From assembly GCA_046563655.1 (NCBI GenBank), contig CM102287.1:1116001-1180000 (forward strand): a stretch of 64,000 nt of DNA, written 5' to 3'. This DNA comes from Yuukianura sp. NJ FZ-2021. Its lineage: Eukaryota. Each line of letters begins with the position of its first letter. Position 1 is the first letter of the stretch. Below, one piece after another: positions 48,001 to 60,700 of this stretch. Below the pieces are notes generated by a model, which was given only the letters and a program-made list of their open reading frames with translations, was not told the DNA's origin and did not search any database. Made by a program: the position numbers and the translations under genes.

Positions 48001-51000
48001 AGGCGGAGCGATTTATCCCGACTTTTAAGTCCGCCCTATCCAGATTTAATGGCGATCTATCCACACCAATGAAACTTGGGGTCCTGCAGTACGTTTCATA
48101 AGGATTTCAGAAAACTAACTCATTTTCACCCGGCATCGTTCCGCGCGGAGGTTTTTCGAATGTTTTGTTTTGAAACAAATTTTCATAAATAAAAGTAACG
48201 AGATGAGGGACGACACAGCAAGTGAAAGTGGGTTCCTGTAGCACTTTTTATGAGGATTTCAAAAATGTTGTTGCCTTTTACCCAGCATCGTTCCGGAATG
48301 CATTTCTTTTGAATTCTCTGCTTTGACACATGAATTTTCATAAATAAAGGTAACAAGATGAGGGACGACACAGCAAGTGAAAGTGGGTTCCTGTAGCACT
48401 TTTTATGAGGATTTCAAAAATGTAGTTGACTTTTACCCAGCATCGTTCCGGAATGCATTTCTTTTGAATTCTCTGTTTTGAAACATGAATTTTCATAAAT
48501 AAAGGTAACAAGATGAGGGACGACACAGCAAGTGAAAGTGGGTTCCTGTAGCCCTTTTTATGAGGATTTCAAAAATATAATTTACTTTCTGTTCATTCTC
48601 ACATTTGCATGTTCATTCTCACAAATTTAAGTCGTTTTGCGTCAAAATGGTGCTCGGCATTCCCCTGGGTGCCGTATTCCAACCCCAGATAAAATTCGAG
48701 GCGGAGCGATTTATCCCGACTTTTAAGTCCGCCCTATCCAGATTTAATGGCGATCTATCCACACCAATGAAACTTGGGGTCCTGCAGTACGTTTCATAAG
48801 GATTTCAGAAAACTAACTCATTTTCACCCGGCATCGTTCCGCGCGGAGGTTTTTCGAATGTTTTGTTTTGAAACAAATTTTCATAAATAAAAGTAACGAG
48901 ATGAGGGACGACACAGCAAGTGAAAGTGGGTTCCTGTAGCACTTTTTATGAGGATTTCAAAAATGTTGTTGCCTTTTACCCAGCATCGTTCCGGAATGCA
49001 TTTCTTTTGAATTCTCTGCTTTGACACATGAATTTTCATAAATAAAGGTAACAAGATGAGGGACGACACAGCAAGTGAAAGTGGGTTCCTGTAGCACTTT
49101 TTATGAGGATTTCAAAAATGTAGTTGACTTTTACCCAGCATCGTTCCGGAATGCATTTCTTTTGAATTCTCTGTTTTGAAACATGAATTTTCATAAATAA
49201 AGGTAACAAGATGAGGGACGACACAGCAAGTGAAAGTGGGTTCCTGTAGCACTTTTTATGAGGATTTCAAAAATGTAATTTACTTTCTGTTCATTCTCAC
49301 ATTTGCATGTTCATTCTCACAAATTTAAGTCGTTTTGCGTCAAAATGGTGCTCGGCATTCCCCTGGGTGCCGTATTCCAACCCCAGATAAAATTCGAGGC
49401 GGAGCGATTTATCCCGACTTTTAAGTCCGCCCTATCCAGATTTAATGGCGATCTATCCACACCAATGAAACTTGGGGTCCTGCAGTACGTTTCATAAGGA
49501 TTTCAGAAAACTAACTCATTTTCACCCGGCATCGTTCCGCGCGGAGGTTTTTCGAATGTTTTGTTTTGAAACAAATTTTCATAAATAAAAGTAACGAGAT
49601 GAGGGACGACACAGCAAGTGAAAGTGGGTTCCTGTAGCACTTTTTATGAGGATTTCAAAAATGTTGTTGCCTTTTACCCAGCATCGTTCCGGAATGCATT
49701 TCTTTTGAATTCTCTGTTTTGAAACATGAATTTTCATAAATAAAGGTAACAAGATGAGGGACGACACAGCAAGTGAAAGTGGGTTCCTGTAGCACTTTTT
49801 ATGAGGATTTCAAAAATGTAATTTACTTTCTGTTCATTCTCACATTTGCATGTTCATTCTCACAAATTTAAGTCGTTTTGCGTCAAAATGGTGCTCGGCA
49901 TTCCCCTGGGTGCCGTATTCCAACCCCAGATAAAATTCGAGGCGGAGCGATTTATCCCGACTTTTAAGTCCGCCCTATCCAGATTTAATGGCGATCTATC
50001 CACACCAATGAAACTTGGGGTCCTGCAGTACGTTTCATAAGGATTTCAGAAAACTAACTCATTTTCACCCGGCATCGTTCCGCGCGGAGGTTTTTCGAAT
50101 GTTTTGTTTTGAAACAAATTTTCATAAATAAAAGTAACGAGATGAGGGACGACACAGCAAGTGAAAGTGGGTTCCTGTAGCACTTTTTATGAGGATTTCA
50201 AAAATGTTGTTGCCTTTTACCCAGCATCGTTCCGGAATGCATTTCTTTTGAATTCTCTGCTTTGAAACATGAATTTTCATAAATAAAGGTAACAAGATGA
50301 GGGACGACACAGCAAGTGAAAGTGGGTTCCTGTAGCACTTTTTATGAGGATTTCAAAAATGTAGTTGACTTTTACCCAGCATCGTTCCGGAATGCATTTC
50401 TTTTGAATTCTCTGTTTTGAAACATGAATTTTCATAAATAAAGGTAACAAGATGAGGGACGACACAGCAAGTGAAAGTGGGTTCCTGTAGCCCTTTTTAT
50501 GAGGATTTCAAAAATATAATTTACTTTCTGTTCATTCTCACATTTGCATGTTCATTCTCACAAATTTAAGTCGTTTTGCGTCAAAATGGTGCTCGGCATT
50601 CCCCTGGGTGCCGTATTCCAACCCCAGATAAAATTCGAGGCGGAGCGATTTATCCCGACTTTTAAGTCCGCCCTATCCAGATTTAATGGCGATCTATCCA
50701 CACCAATGAAACTTGGGGTCCTGCAGTACGTTTCATAAGGATTTCAGAAAACTAACTCATTTTCACCCGGCATCGTTCCGCGCGGAGGTTTTTCGAATGT
50801 TTTGTTTTGAAACAAATTTTCATAAATAAAAGTAACGAGATGAGGGACGACACAGCAAGTGAAAGTGGGTTCCTGTAGCACTTTTTATGAGGATTTCAAA
50901 AATGTAATTTACTTTCTGTTCATTCTCACATTTGCATGTTCATTCTCACAAATTTAAGTCGTTTTGCGTCAAAATGGTGCTCGGCATTCCCCTGGGTGCC

Positions 51001-51908
51001 GTATTCCAACCCCAGATAAAATTCGAGGCGGAGCGATTTATCCCGACTTTTAAGTCCGCCCTATCCAGATTTAATGGCGATCTATCCACACCAATGAGAC
51101 TTGGGGTCCTGCAGTACGTTTCATAAGGATTTCAGAAAACTAACTCATTTTCTCCCGGCATCGTTCCGCGCGGAGGTTTTTCGAATGTATTGTTTTGAAA
51201 CAAATTTTCATAAATAAAAGTAACGAGATGAGGGACGACACAGCAAGTGAAAGTGGGTTCCTGTAGCACTTTTTATGAGGATTTCAAAAATGTTGTTGCC
51301 TTTTACCCAGCATCGTTCCGGAATGCATTTCTTTTGAATTCTCTGTTTTGAAACATGAATTTTCATAAATAAAGGTAACAAGATGAGGGACGACACAGCA
51401 AGTGAAAGTGGGTTCCTGTAGCACTTTTTATGAGGATTTCAAAAATGTAATTTACTTTCTGTTCATTCTCACATTTGCATGTTCATTCTCACAAATTTAA
51501 GTCGTTTTGCGTCAAAATGGTGCTCGGCATTCCCCTGGGTGCCGTATTCCAACCCCAGATAAAATTCGAGGCGGAGCGATTTATCCCGACTTTTAAGTCC
51601 GCCCTATCCAGATTTAATGGCGATCTATCCACACCAATGAAACTTGGGGTCCTGCAGTACGTTTCATAAGGATTTCAGAAAACTAACTCATTTTCACCCG
51701 GCATCGTTCCGCGCGGAGGTTTTTCGAATGTTTTGTTTTGAAACAAATTTTCATAAATAAAAGTAACGAGATGAGGGACGACACAGCAAGTGAAAGTGGG
51801 TTCCTGTAGCACTTTTTATGAGGATTTCAAAAATGTAATTTACTTTCTGTTCATTCTCACATTTGCATGTTCATTCTCACAAATTTAAGTCGTTTTGCGT
51901 CAAAATGG
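39047..51908. repeat. Compound satellite: 388 + n x 155 bp units (388/543/698/853 bp)
   Basis: The subunit GATGAGGGACGACACAGCAAGTGAAAGTGGGTTCCTGTAGC repeats at 155 bp. The spacer pseudo-ORF recurs at 39453, 39996, 40539, 41392, 42090 and onward. Confidence 0.97.
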
Positions 51909-52361
51909 TGTGACGGCTAGGGGATTTCCCCCCTACAGAGGAGTAGGAGGACCCAGGAGTGGCGCAGCAGAGGAGGAGAGCAGCAGAGCCACGAGGCAAG
52001 AGGACCACACCGCACAGCACAGTTTAGCTTTTAGTCTCATTTTAGTTTTTAGATCTTTATTCTGCGAATAAAGATCAGTCTCTTTCTTGGCTCACACGCG
52101 GATGGTCGTCTCTTCCAGATCTTTTCTCGGGTTGACCGGGGGTCAACTCTACATTGGCGACGTGACAGGCGACCTCCAATCCGAAGGTCAACTCTACATT
52201 GGCGACGTGACAGGCGACCTCCAATCCGAAGGTCAACTCTACATTGGCGACGTGACAGGCGACCTCCAATTGGAAGGTCAAGTCGAAGCCTTCGTGTCAA
52301 GATCCCTCGCTCCATACGCAGCAGTACTGAGGAGGAGATCAACTTAACGGACGAATATACA
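51909..52361 (+). repeat. LTR-like repeat, copy 1 (~453 bp; other copies ~56494-56940 and ~61067-61519)
   Basis: TG...CA ends, internal AATAAA (52067), three 39-bp tandem repeats (52141-52280), and TGG at 52368. The 3' boundary is uncertain by a few nt. Confidence 0.65.
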
Positions 52362-53799
52362 ACGTTTTGGTACTACAAGGGTACGTCTAGTTAGTATTGG
52401 GACGCAGCGACACTGGCAGCGTTTCAGCGCAGCGATTGTTAAGCTTTGCGCGTAAATTCAGGTAGAGTTGAGATTAGTAACCTATGACATGCATCAGAGA
52501 GGCATGAATCATTCATTTTTTACATTTTCCTCGTAAAATCAAAGTTAAACAATAAGATCCGCCCATGACCTGTTCAGTGCTATGTCGTACGGTATTGTCA
52601 GTACCCGTATCCTAAAGTTCAGTATGGAATCGACATAAAAACGTTTTCTAAGGTAACGTATAGTAACGTAGAGTTAAAAATTGACCTAAAGATGTGGTAT
52701 AACGTGGCGTGTTACAAAATGGCGTCGTGAGCATGCAGAATCAGGTTATCAGTATTAGTTTCGTCAGTTAGTGAATCGAGGTCACAGGAAATAGCGGATT
52801 AGTAACAGTAATTCAGAAAAACAGCATCTATGAAACATGATTAAAAATTCCTTGCCTGACTTACTATTTGAAAGTGGAATGTAAAGAAGAAGTCCACATC
52901 CCAGATTTTGATGCTGATCTTACATTAAAGTAATTCATTAACTAGGGACGCAACGTAGAGTATGTTGCTGTCTCGTATCTCATGTCGTGTTCAAGGATTA
53001 GTAGTTATTAACATTTCAAGTAGAGACGCAGCGTACAGTAAGCAGTCGTCTCCACAATTAGGTCGCAGTCAGGCGTAAATCTACAGATTGTTCAATGAAT
53101 TGAAGTTTTTAGTAAGTCTTTTGGATTTCAATGAATGTTTTTCGAAAAGTTATCAAGTAAATTAAAAATTTTGTACTAGTCCATGAGTGAACGACAAGAA
53201 TCAGAAACTAATCAGTCACGTATTCCTATAACTAGGTCTGAAAGAGCTGAACATAGAGCCAGAGTCAGAGAACAGAAGACACAAAGTCGTATTGAAAGTC
53301 AAACTCAAAGTCAGATTCAAGGTCAAAGTTCAAAGTCAAGTAGAGTGCTTATCTTGTCTTATAATTTCAAATGTTGAACATAAAGTTGCGAAGTCAGAGA
53401 CGCTACGTAGAATAGGTTTATCTCATTTCATGCACATGTTTAAGTTAATTGAGTTCAAATTTGAGACGCAGCGTACAGTAAGCCGACGTCTCTACAGTTA
53501 GATTGAAGTAAGGCAGAAATCTAAAGGTTGTTAAGTCTCCATTAAGTTAGTACCATGAGTTTACGAATTGAATGTAGACTGCAGTTAGTTATTAAGACAC
53601 AAGAGACGCAGCGTAGATTAACTCCTACCCTCACCATACTTCCAGACTGCAAGCCGTAGAAAACAAACTGACAGTTGTCCCCAAGAACGTTTCGGCAAAA
53701 ACGTCCATATTTTTTAAAATTAAAATATTAAAAAAAAAAATTAAAAAAATTTTTTTTTTTGAAAATAAAAAAAAAATTTTTTTTTGAAAATTTTTACTC

Positions 53800-54132
53800 C
53801 GACGTCATTTCATGTCGCAAGTGAAAATTCACGTCGCGAATTTTCGCGTCGCGCGAGGCGACGTGAATTTTCACAGAAAATGGAAATTTGATGCTCAGTC
53901 GCTACTACGGCGACACCCACAGCGATGGGACGCAATTTCCCGTCTCGCGTGAAATTTCACGTCGCGGATGGCGACATCCGCGAATTTTCGCGTCGCGCGA
54001 GGCGACGTGAATTTTCACAGAAAATGCAAATTTGATGCTCAGTCGCTACTACGGCGACACCCACAGCGATGGGACGCGATTTCCGGTCGCGCGTGAAATT
54101 TCACGTCGCGAATACCGACATCCGCGAAATAG
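53800..54132. repeat. CG-rich 131-bp direct repeats with self-complementary TTCACGTCGCG/GCGACGTGAA motifs (also ~58380-58712 and ~62960-63425)
   Basis: CGCGAATTTTCGCGTCGCGCGAGGCGACGTGAATTTTCACAGAAAATG is duplicated and preceded by mirrored A/T tracts at 53710-53797. Confidence 0.85.
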
Positions 54133-54760
54133 GTGATTTAGAAGATGCATTCAGGATTGGAAAGTTTAACCCGTCTTCTGATAAACCTCGTCCAATTAAG
54201 GTTCGCATGTCGTCCTTTGCGCAACGCGTACAAGCACTCCAACTACGGAAGACACTCATTCAAGAAAAAGATGTGTGCTCCATCACAGAAGACTTGACCA
54301 TTGAAACCAGAACTGAAAGACGAAAGATCCGGGAATCACGACAGAACAGTCTAGGAAGTCGCCCTCGTGCACCCTCTCCAAGTGGAAAACGTATCGCAAG
54401 ACAAAATGACCCTAGAACTTATCAACGCGCTCCCGGTACATCAACAGCAGAACCCTGGAGGAATAGCGCACCGACAACTTGACCCCCTCACTCTACTGGA
54501 TCAGTCGGTGCTCAACCCCAATTTCAACCCTCAATTCACCGGTACACCCGCAAACCCCTGTCTCACCTGCTTGGACTTTCACTCAATAGCAGTCAAACCA
54601 ACCCTAACCCTTAACTCTACTGTAACTATTTTACTAATTTTACCTAATTTTACCATATCTTAAATCTCTAATTCTAATTCTAATAAACACTAAACCTAAA
54701 CTAAAATGCAACTTGATAGGGCAATTGCCAATGTCAAATAAACAAAAATTGAATTGAATT
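54130..54760 (+). mobile_element. LINE-derived fragment: ORF1 C-terminus plus 3' tail, no ORF2 (second copy ~58711-59333)
   Basis: AFRIGKF..KPRPIKVRM..LRKTL..SITEDLTIETRTERRK resembles the C-terminal part of CR1/Jockey-type ORF1. It ends in AATAAACAAAAATTGAATTGAATT, a poly(A) signal plus short-repeat tail. Confidence 0.65.
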
Positions 54761-57700
54761 AAAAGAATTGAAGTTATTCCTAAGTTTTTTAGAATAAAAT
54801 GGTTATTTAATGAAAAGTTAGAAAGGAAATTGAAAAGTTCAAAAGTAAATGAGTAATTGAATAGAATTTAATGTTGAAAAAGTAACTTAGTCGCATATTA
54901 GAAGGCATAAAGCTGAAAGAGCTGAAAATAGATATAGAGTTGGAAAAGTACAGAGTCAAAGTTGAACTCCAGGTCAAACAGAAGGTCAAATTCAAAGTCA
55001 TGTTGAAGTAGACGAAGTATTTTCGTAAAGATTTTTCAAAATGGCAGATAATGCAGTTAGTAATGGTCAGAGTCAGGAAAATGATGTTCCTTTGTTACCA
55101 GCTGATCTTATTTAAGCGTTATGGCTCAGTAGACTTAAAATTAAGGGAAAATTAAAGATTTTTTGTGTTATTAGAAGAAAGTTATAAGAAAAAGAAGAGT
55201 TTGAGAAAATTATGGTTGCCTATATGGAATTGAAAACAAAGGAAAATAGAAAGTTTGAAGAAACTAAAAGAGAAATACAAAGTTATATAGTGGCAGATGC
55301 ACTATTCAGAGCTTCGGTTATAGCTCAAGAAGTATATCAAAGTTATTCAGTTAAAAAATAGGAATTAGGGATATTCTTAAGTTTGGGACGACGCGAGTGG
55401 CGACGACCCACAAAATGTTGTAAATATTTAGAATTCATGGTAATTTAGAAAGCATAGAAACTGCTCAGAATAAGATTTAGAGAATGTTAAAGCTAGAATT
55501 AGAGCTTAAGTAACCGCAGATGGGTTACAAATAGATCATGCAATGTAGAAATTATTTTGTGAAAGATTTAAAATCCTGTTTAGGATAGTGCACGTAAAAG
55601 AATATGATAGAATTGTGGAAGCGCAATGGGGAAGCATGACCCCACAAATGGACAGAATTAGGTCCACATACCGGTATTACAAACGAAAAGGTGTTTTGTA
55701 TCGAGTACCGATAGATAGAGTAAGACTCCCAGAGGAATTTGCCTGGTAGAGCACAAAGGGTGATTGCCCTAAGGACCAAGAGAGTCCAAAGAACAATGTG
55801 GGATGCCAAGGTGCTCTCCGTTCTAAAAGAACAATGTGGGATGCGAAGATGCTCCTCGTTCTGAAAATAGAGTACGTACATGTTTTGAGATGAGCTAGCG
55901 TTAGAGTTAAGTCAAGATTAAGTGGTAGTTTAATTTAGAAGGCCTGTTAGAGGAGAATAAGGTAAAGAGTTTAGTTAGTGCGCGCTTAGATTAAGTTAGA
56001 ATAAGGAATTTAGAAAAGGTTGCCAATATATTATATGTTATTTTGTTAGATTAATATTGAAATATAGAAGATTTAAGAATATAAAAAAGTGTTAAAAAAG
56101 TAAAAGTTAGAAAATAATTATGCAGTTTATAGATATGACAGTAAAGCAAGGGACGCAGCGAAGGGCAGCGATCCAGAATGTAAGTTTGTATATAAGTTGA
56201 AGTTAAAGTTACTAAATTTTCACAAGTTAATTGCACCCATTGTTAAGAATTTACCGTTTATGAGAAAAGTTCGGTATGAATAGAATTATATGTTCAGAAT
56301 TTAATTGTTGTTAAATGTTTCAAAGTCTAAACTGTTAATTTGAAGAATAATTAGAAGTTCATGCACAATTATTAGTTAAGTTGGTTCAACTATGCCACGT
56401 TTTCGTTTCTTTACTAAAGAAAGACGTTCATTGTCAGTCAGAATGACACAAGGGTCAGCGTTACCCGGTAAAGAGGGCTTTGTCGCAGGAGAATGTGACG
56501 GCTAGGGGATTTCCCCCCTACAGAGGAGTAGGAGGACCCAGGAGTGGCGCAGCAGAGGAGGAGAGCAGCAGAGCCACGAGGCAAGAGGACCACACCGCAC
56601 AGCACAGTTTAGCTTTTAGTCTCATTTTAGTTCTTAGATCTTTATTCTGCGAATAAAGATCAGTCTCTTTCTTGGCTCACACGCGGATGGTCGTCTCTTC
56701 CAGATCTTTTCTCGGGTTGACCCAACTCTACATTGGCGACGTGACAGGCGACCTCCAATCCGAAGGTCAACTCTACATTGGCGACGTGACAGGCGACCTC
56801 CAATCCGAAGGTCAACTCTACATTGGCGACGTGACAGGCGACCTCCAATTGGAAGGTCAAGTCGAAGCCTTCGTGTCAAGATCCCTCGCTCCATACGCAG
56901 CAGTACTGAGGAGGAGATCAACTTAACGGACGAATATACAACGTTTTGGTACTACAAGGGTACGTCTAGTTAGTATTGGGACGCAGCGACACTGGCAGCG
57001 TTTCAGCGCAGCGATTGTTAAGTTTTGCGCGTAAATTCAGGTAGAGTTGAGATTAGTAACCTATGACATGCATCAGAGAGGCATGAATCATTCATTTTTT
57101 ACATTTTCCTCGTAAAATCAAAGTTAAACAATAAGATCCGCCCATGACCTGTTCAGTGCTATGTCGTACGGTATTGTCAGTACCCGTATCCTAAAGTTCA
57201 GTATGGAATCGACATAAAAACGTTTTCTAAGGTAACGTATAGTAACGTAGAGTTAAAAATTGACCTAAAGATGTGGTATAACGTGGCGTGTTACAAAATG
57301 GCGTCGTGAGCATGCAGAATCAGGTTATCAGTATTAGTTTCGTCAGTTAGTGAATCGAGGTCACAGGAAATAGCGGATTAGTAACAGTAATTCAGAAAAA
57401 CAGCATCTATGAAACATGATTAAAAATTCCTTGCCTGACTTACTATTTGAAAGTGGAATGTAAAGAAGAAGTCCACATCCCAGATTTTGATGCTGATCTT
57501 ACATTAAAGTAATTCATTAACTAGGGACGCAACGTAGAGTATGTTGCTGTCTCGTATCTCATGTCGTGTTCAAGGATTAGTAGTTATTAACATTTCAAGT
57601 AGAGACGCAGCGTACAGTAAGCAGTCGTCTCCACAATTAGGTCGCAGTCAGGCGTAAATCTACAGATTGTTCAATGAATTGAAGTTTTTAGTAAGTCTTT

Positions 57701-60700
57701 TGGATTTCAATGAATGTTTTTCGAAAAGTTATCAAGTAAATTAAAAATTTTGTATTAGTCCATGAGTGAAAGACCAGAATCAGAAACTACTCAGTCACGT
57801 ATTCCTAGAACTAGGTCTGAAAGAGCTGAACATAGAGCCAGAGTCAGAGAACAGAAGACACAAAGTCGTATTGAAAGTCAAACTCAAAGTCAGATTCAAG
57901 GTCAAAGTTCAAAGTCAAGTAGAGTGCTTATCTTGTCTTATAATTTCAAATGTTGAACATAAAGTTGCGAAGTCAGAGACGCTACGTAGAATAGGTTTAT
58001 CTCATTTCATGCACATGTTTAAGTTAATTGAGTTCAAATTTGAGACGCAGCGTACAGTAAGCCGACGTCTCTACAGTTAGATTGAAGTAAGGCAGAAATC
58101 TAAAGGTTGTTAAGTCTCCATTAAGTTAGTACCATGAGTTTACGAATTGAATGTAGACTGCAGTTAGTTATTAAGACACAAGAGACGCAGCGTAGATTAA
58201 CTCCTACCCTCACCATACTTCCAGACTGCAAGCCGTAGAAAACAAACTGACAATTGTCCCCAAGAACGTTTCGGCAAAAACGTCCATATTTTTTAAAATT
58301 AAAATATTAAAAAAAAAAAATTTAAAAAAAAATTTTTTTTTTGAAAATAAAAAAAAAATTTTTTTTGAAAATTTTTACTCCGACGTCATTTCATGTCGCA
58401 AGTGAAAATTCACGTCGCGAATTTTCGCGTCGCGCGAGGCGACGTGAATTTTCACAGAAAATGGAAATTTGATGCTCAGTCGCTACTACGGCGACACCCA
58501 CAGCGATGGGACGCAATTTCCCGTCTCGCGTGAAATTTCACGTCGCGGATGGCGACATCCGCGAATTTTCGCGTCGCGCGAGGCGACGTGAATTTTCACA
58601 GAAAATGCAAATTTGATGCTCAGTCGCTACTACGGCGACACCCACAGCGATGGGACGCGATTTCCGGTCGCGCGTGAAATTTCACGTCGCGAATACCGAC
58701 ATCCGCGAAATAGGTGATTTAGAAGATGCATTCAGGATTGGAAAGTTTAACCCGTCTTCTGATAAACCTCGTCCAATTAAGGTTCGCATGTCGTCCTTTG
58801 CGCAACGCGTACAAGCACTCCAACTACGGAAGACACTCATTCAAGAAAAAGATGTGTGCTCCATCACAGAAGACTTGACCATTGAAACCAGAACTGAAAG
58901 ACGAAAGATCCGGGAATCACGACAGAACAGTCTAGGAAGTCGCCCTCGTGCACCCTCTCCAAGTGGAAAACGTATCGCAAGACAAAATGACCCTAGAACT
59001 TATCAACGCGCTCCCGGTACATCAACAGCAGAACCCTGGAGGAATAGCGCACCGACAACTTGACCCCCCCCCCTCACTCTACTGGATCAGTCGGTGCTCA
59101 ACCCCAATTTCAACCCTCAATCCACCGATACACCCGCAAACCCCTGTCTCACTTGCTTTGACTTTCACTCAATAGCAGTCAAACCAACCCTAACCCTTAA
59201 CTCTACTGTAACTAATTTTACCTAATTATACCGTATCTTAAATTTCTAAATTCCAACAAACACTACACCTAAACTAAAATGCAACTTGATAGGGCAATTG
59301 CCAATGTCAAATAAACAAAAATTGAATTGAATTAAAAGAATTGAAGTTATTCCTAAGTTTTTTAGAATAAAATGGTTATTTAATGAAAAGTTAGAAAGGA
59401 AATTGAAAAGTTCAAAAGTAAATGAGTAATTGAATAGAATTTAATGTTGAAAAAGTAACTTAGTCGCATATTAGAAGGCATAAAGCTGAAAGAGCTGAAA
59501 ATAGATATAGAGTTGGAAAAGTACAGAGTCAAAGTTGAACTCCAGGTCAAACAGAAGGTCAAATTCAAAGTCATGTTGAAGTAGACGAAGTATTTTCGTA
59601 AAGATTTTTCAAAATGGCAGATAATGCAGTTAGTAATGGTCAGAGTCAGGAAAATGATGTTCCTTTGTTACCAGCTGATCTTATTTAAGCGTTATGGCTC
59701 AGTAGACTTAAAATTAAGGGAAAATTAAAGATTTTTTGTGTTATTAGAAGAAAGTTATAAGAAAAAGAAGAGTTTGAGAAAATTATGGTTGCCTATATGG
59801 AATTGAAAACAAAGGAAAATAGAAAGTTTGAAGAAACTAAAAGAGAAATACAAAGTTATATAGTGGCAGATGCACTATTCAGAGCTTCGGTTATAGCTCA
59901 AGAAGTATATCAAAGTTATTCAGTTAAAAAATAGGAATTAGGGATATTCTTAAGTTTGGGACGACGCGAGTGGCGACGACCCACAAAATGTTGTAAATAT
60001 TTAGAATTCATGGTAATTTAGAAAGCATAGAAACTGCTCAGAATAAGATTTAGAGAATGTTAAAGCTAGAATTAGAGCTTAAGTAACCGCAGATGGGTTA
60101 CAAATAGATCATGCAATGTAGAAATTATTTTGTGAAAGATTTAAAATCCTGTTTAGGATAGTGCACGTAAAAGAATATGATAGAATTGTGGAAGCGCAAT
60201 GGGGAAGCATGACCCCACAAATGGACAGAATTAGGTCCACATACCGGTATTACAAACGAAAAGGTGTTTTGTATCGAGTACCGATAGATAGAGTAAGACT
60301 CCCAGAGGAATTTGCCTGGTAGAGCACAAAGGGTGATTGCCCTAAGGACCAAGAGAGTCCAAAGAACAATGTGGGATGCCAAGGTGCTCTCCGTTCTAAA
60401 AGAACAATGTGGGATGCGAAGATGCTCCTCGTTCTGAAAATAGAGTACGTACATGTTTTGAGATGAGCTAGCGTTAGAGTTAAGTCAAGATTAAGTGGTA
60501 GTTTAATTTAGAAGGCCTGTTAGAGGAGAATAAGGTAAAGAGTTTAGTTAGTGCGCGCTTAGATTAAGTTAGAATAAGGAATTTAGAAAAGGTTGCCAAT
60601 ATATTATATGTTATTTTGTTAGATTAATATTGAAATATAGAAGATTTAAGAATATAAAAAAGTGTTAAAAAAGTAAAAGTTAGAAAATAATTATGCAGTT

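Noticed and set aside
20507..51669. Dozens of 60-100 aa ORFs within the satellites
   Set aside because: By-products of tandem repetition, often with non-ATG starts. Only the integrase-like ancestry of one spacer is retained as a finding.
20105..51908. CRISPR-like regular repeats
   Set aside because: Units are long and near-identical with no unique spacers and no cas genes, in a eukaryotic context. This is satellite DNA.
20105..51908. Common ancestry of the 161-bp and 155-bp satellites (reverse-complement resemblance around AAAGT(T)GGG...TTTTT)
   Set aside because: The similarity is short and AT-rich and cannot be told from chance without alignment statistics.
55040..55900. Possible decayed gag-like coding relic in the LTR-like unit
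   Set aside because: Purine-rich and coding-like, but full of stops with no identifiable motif.
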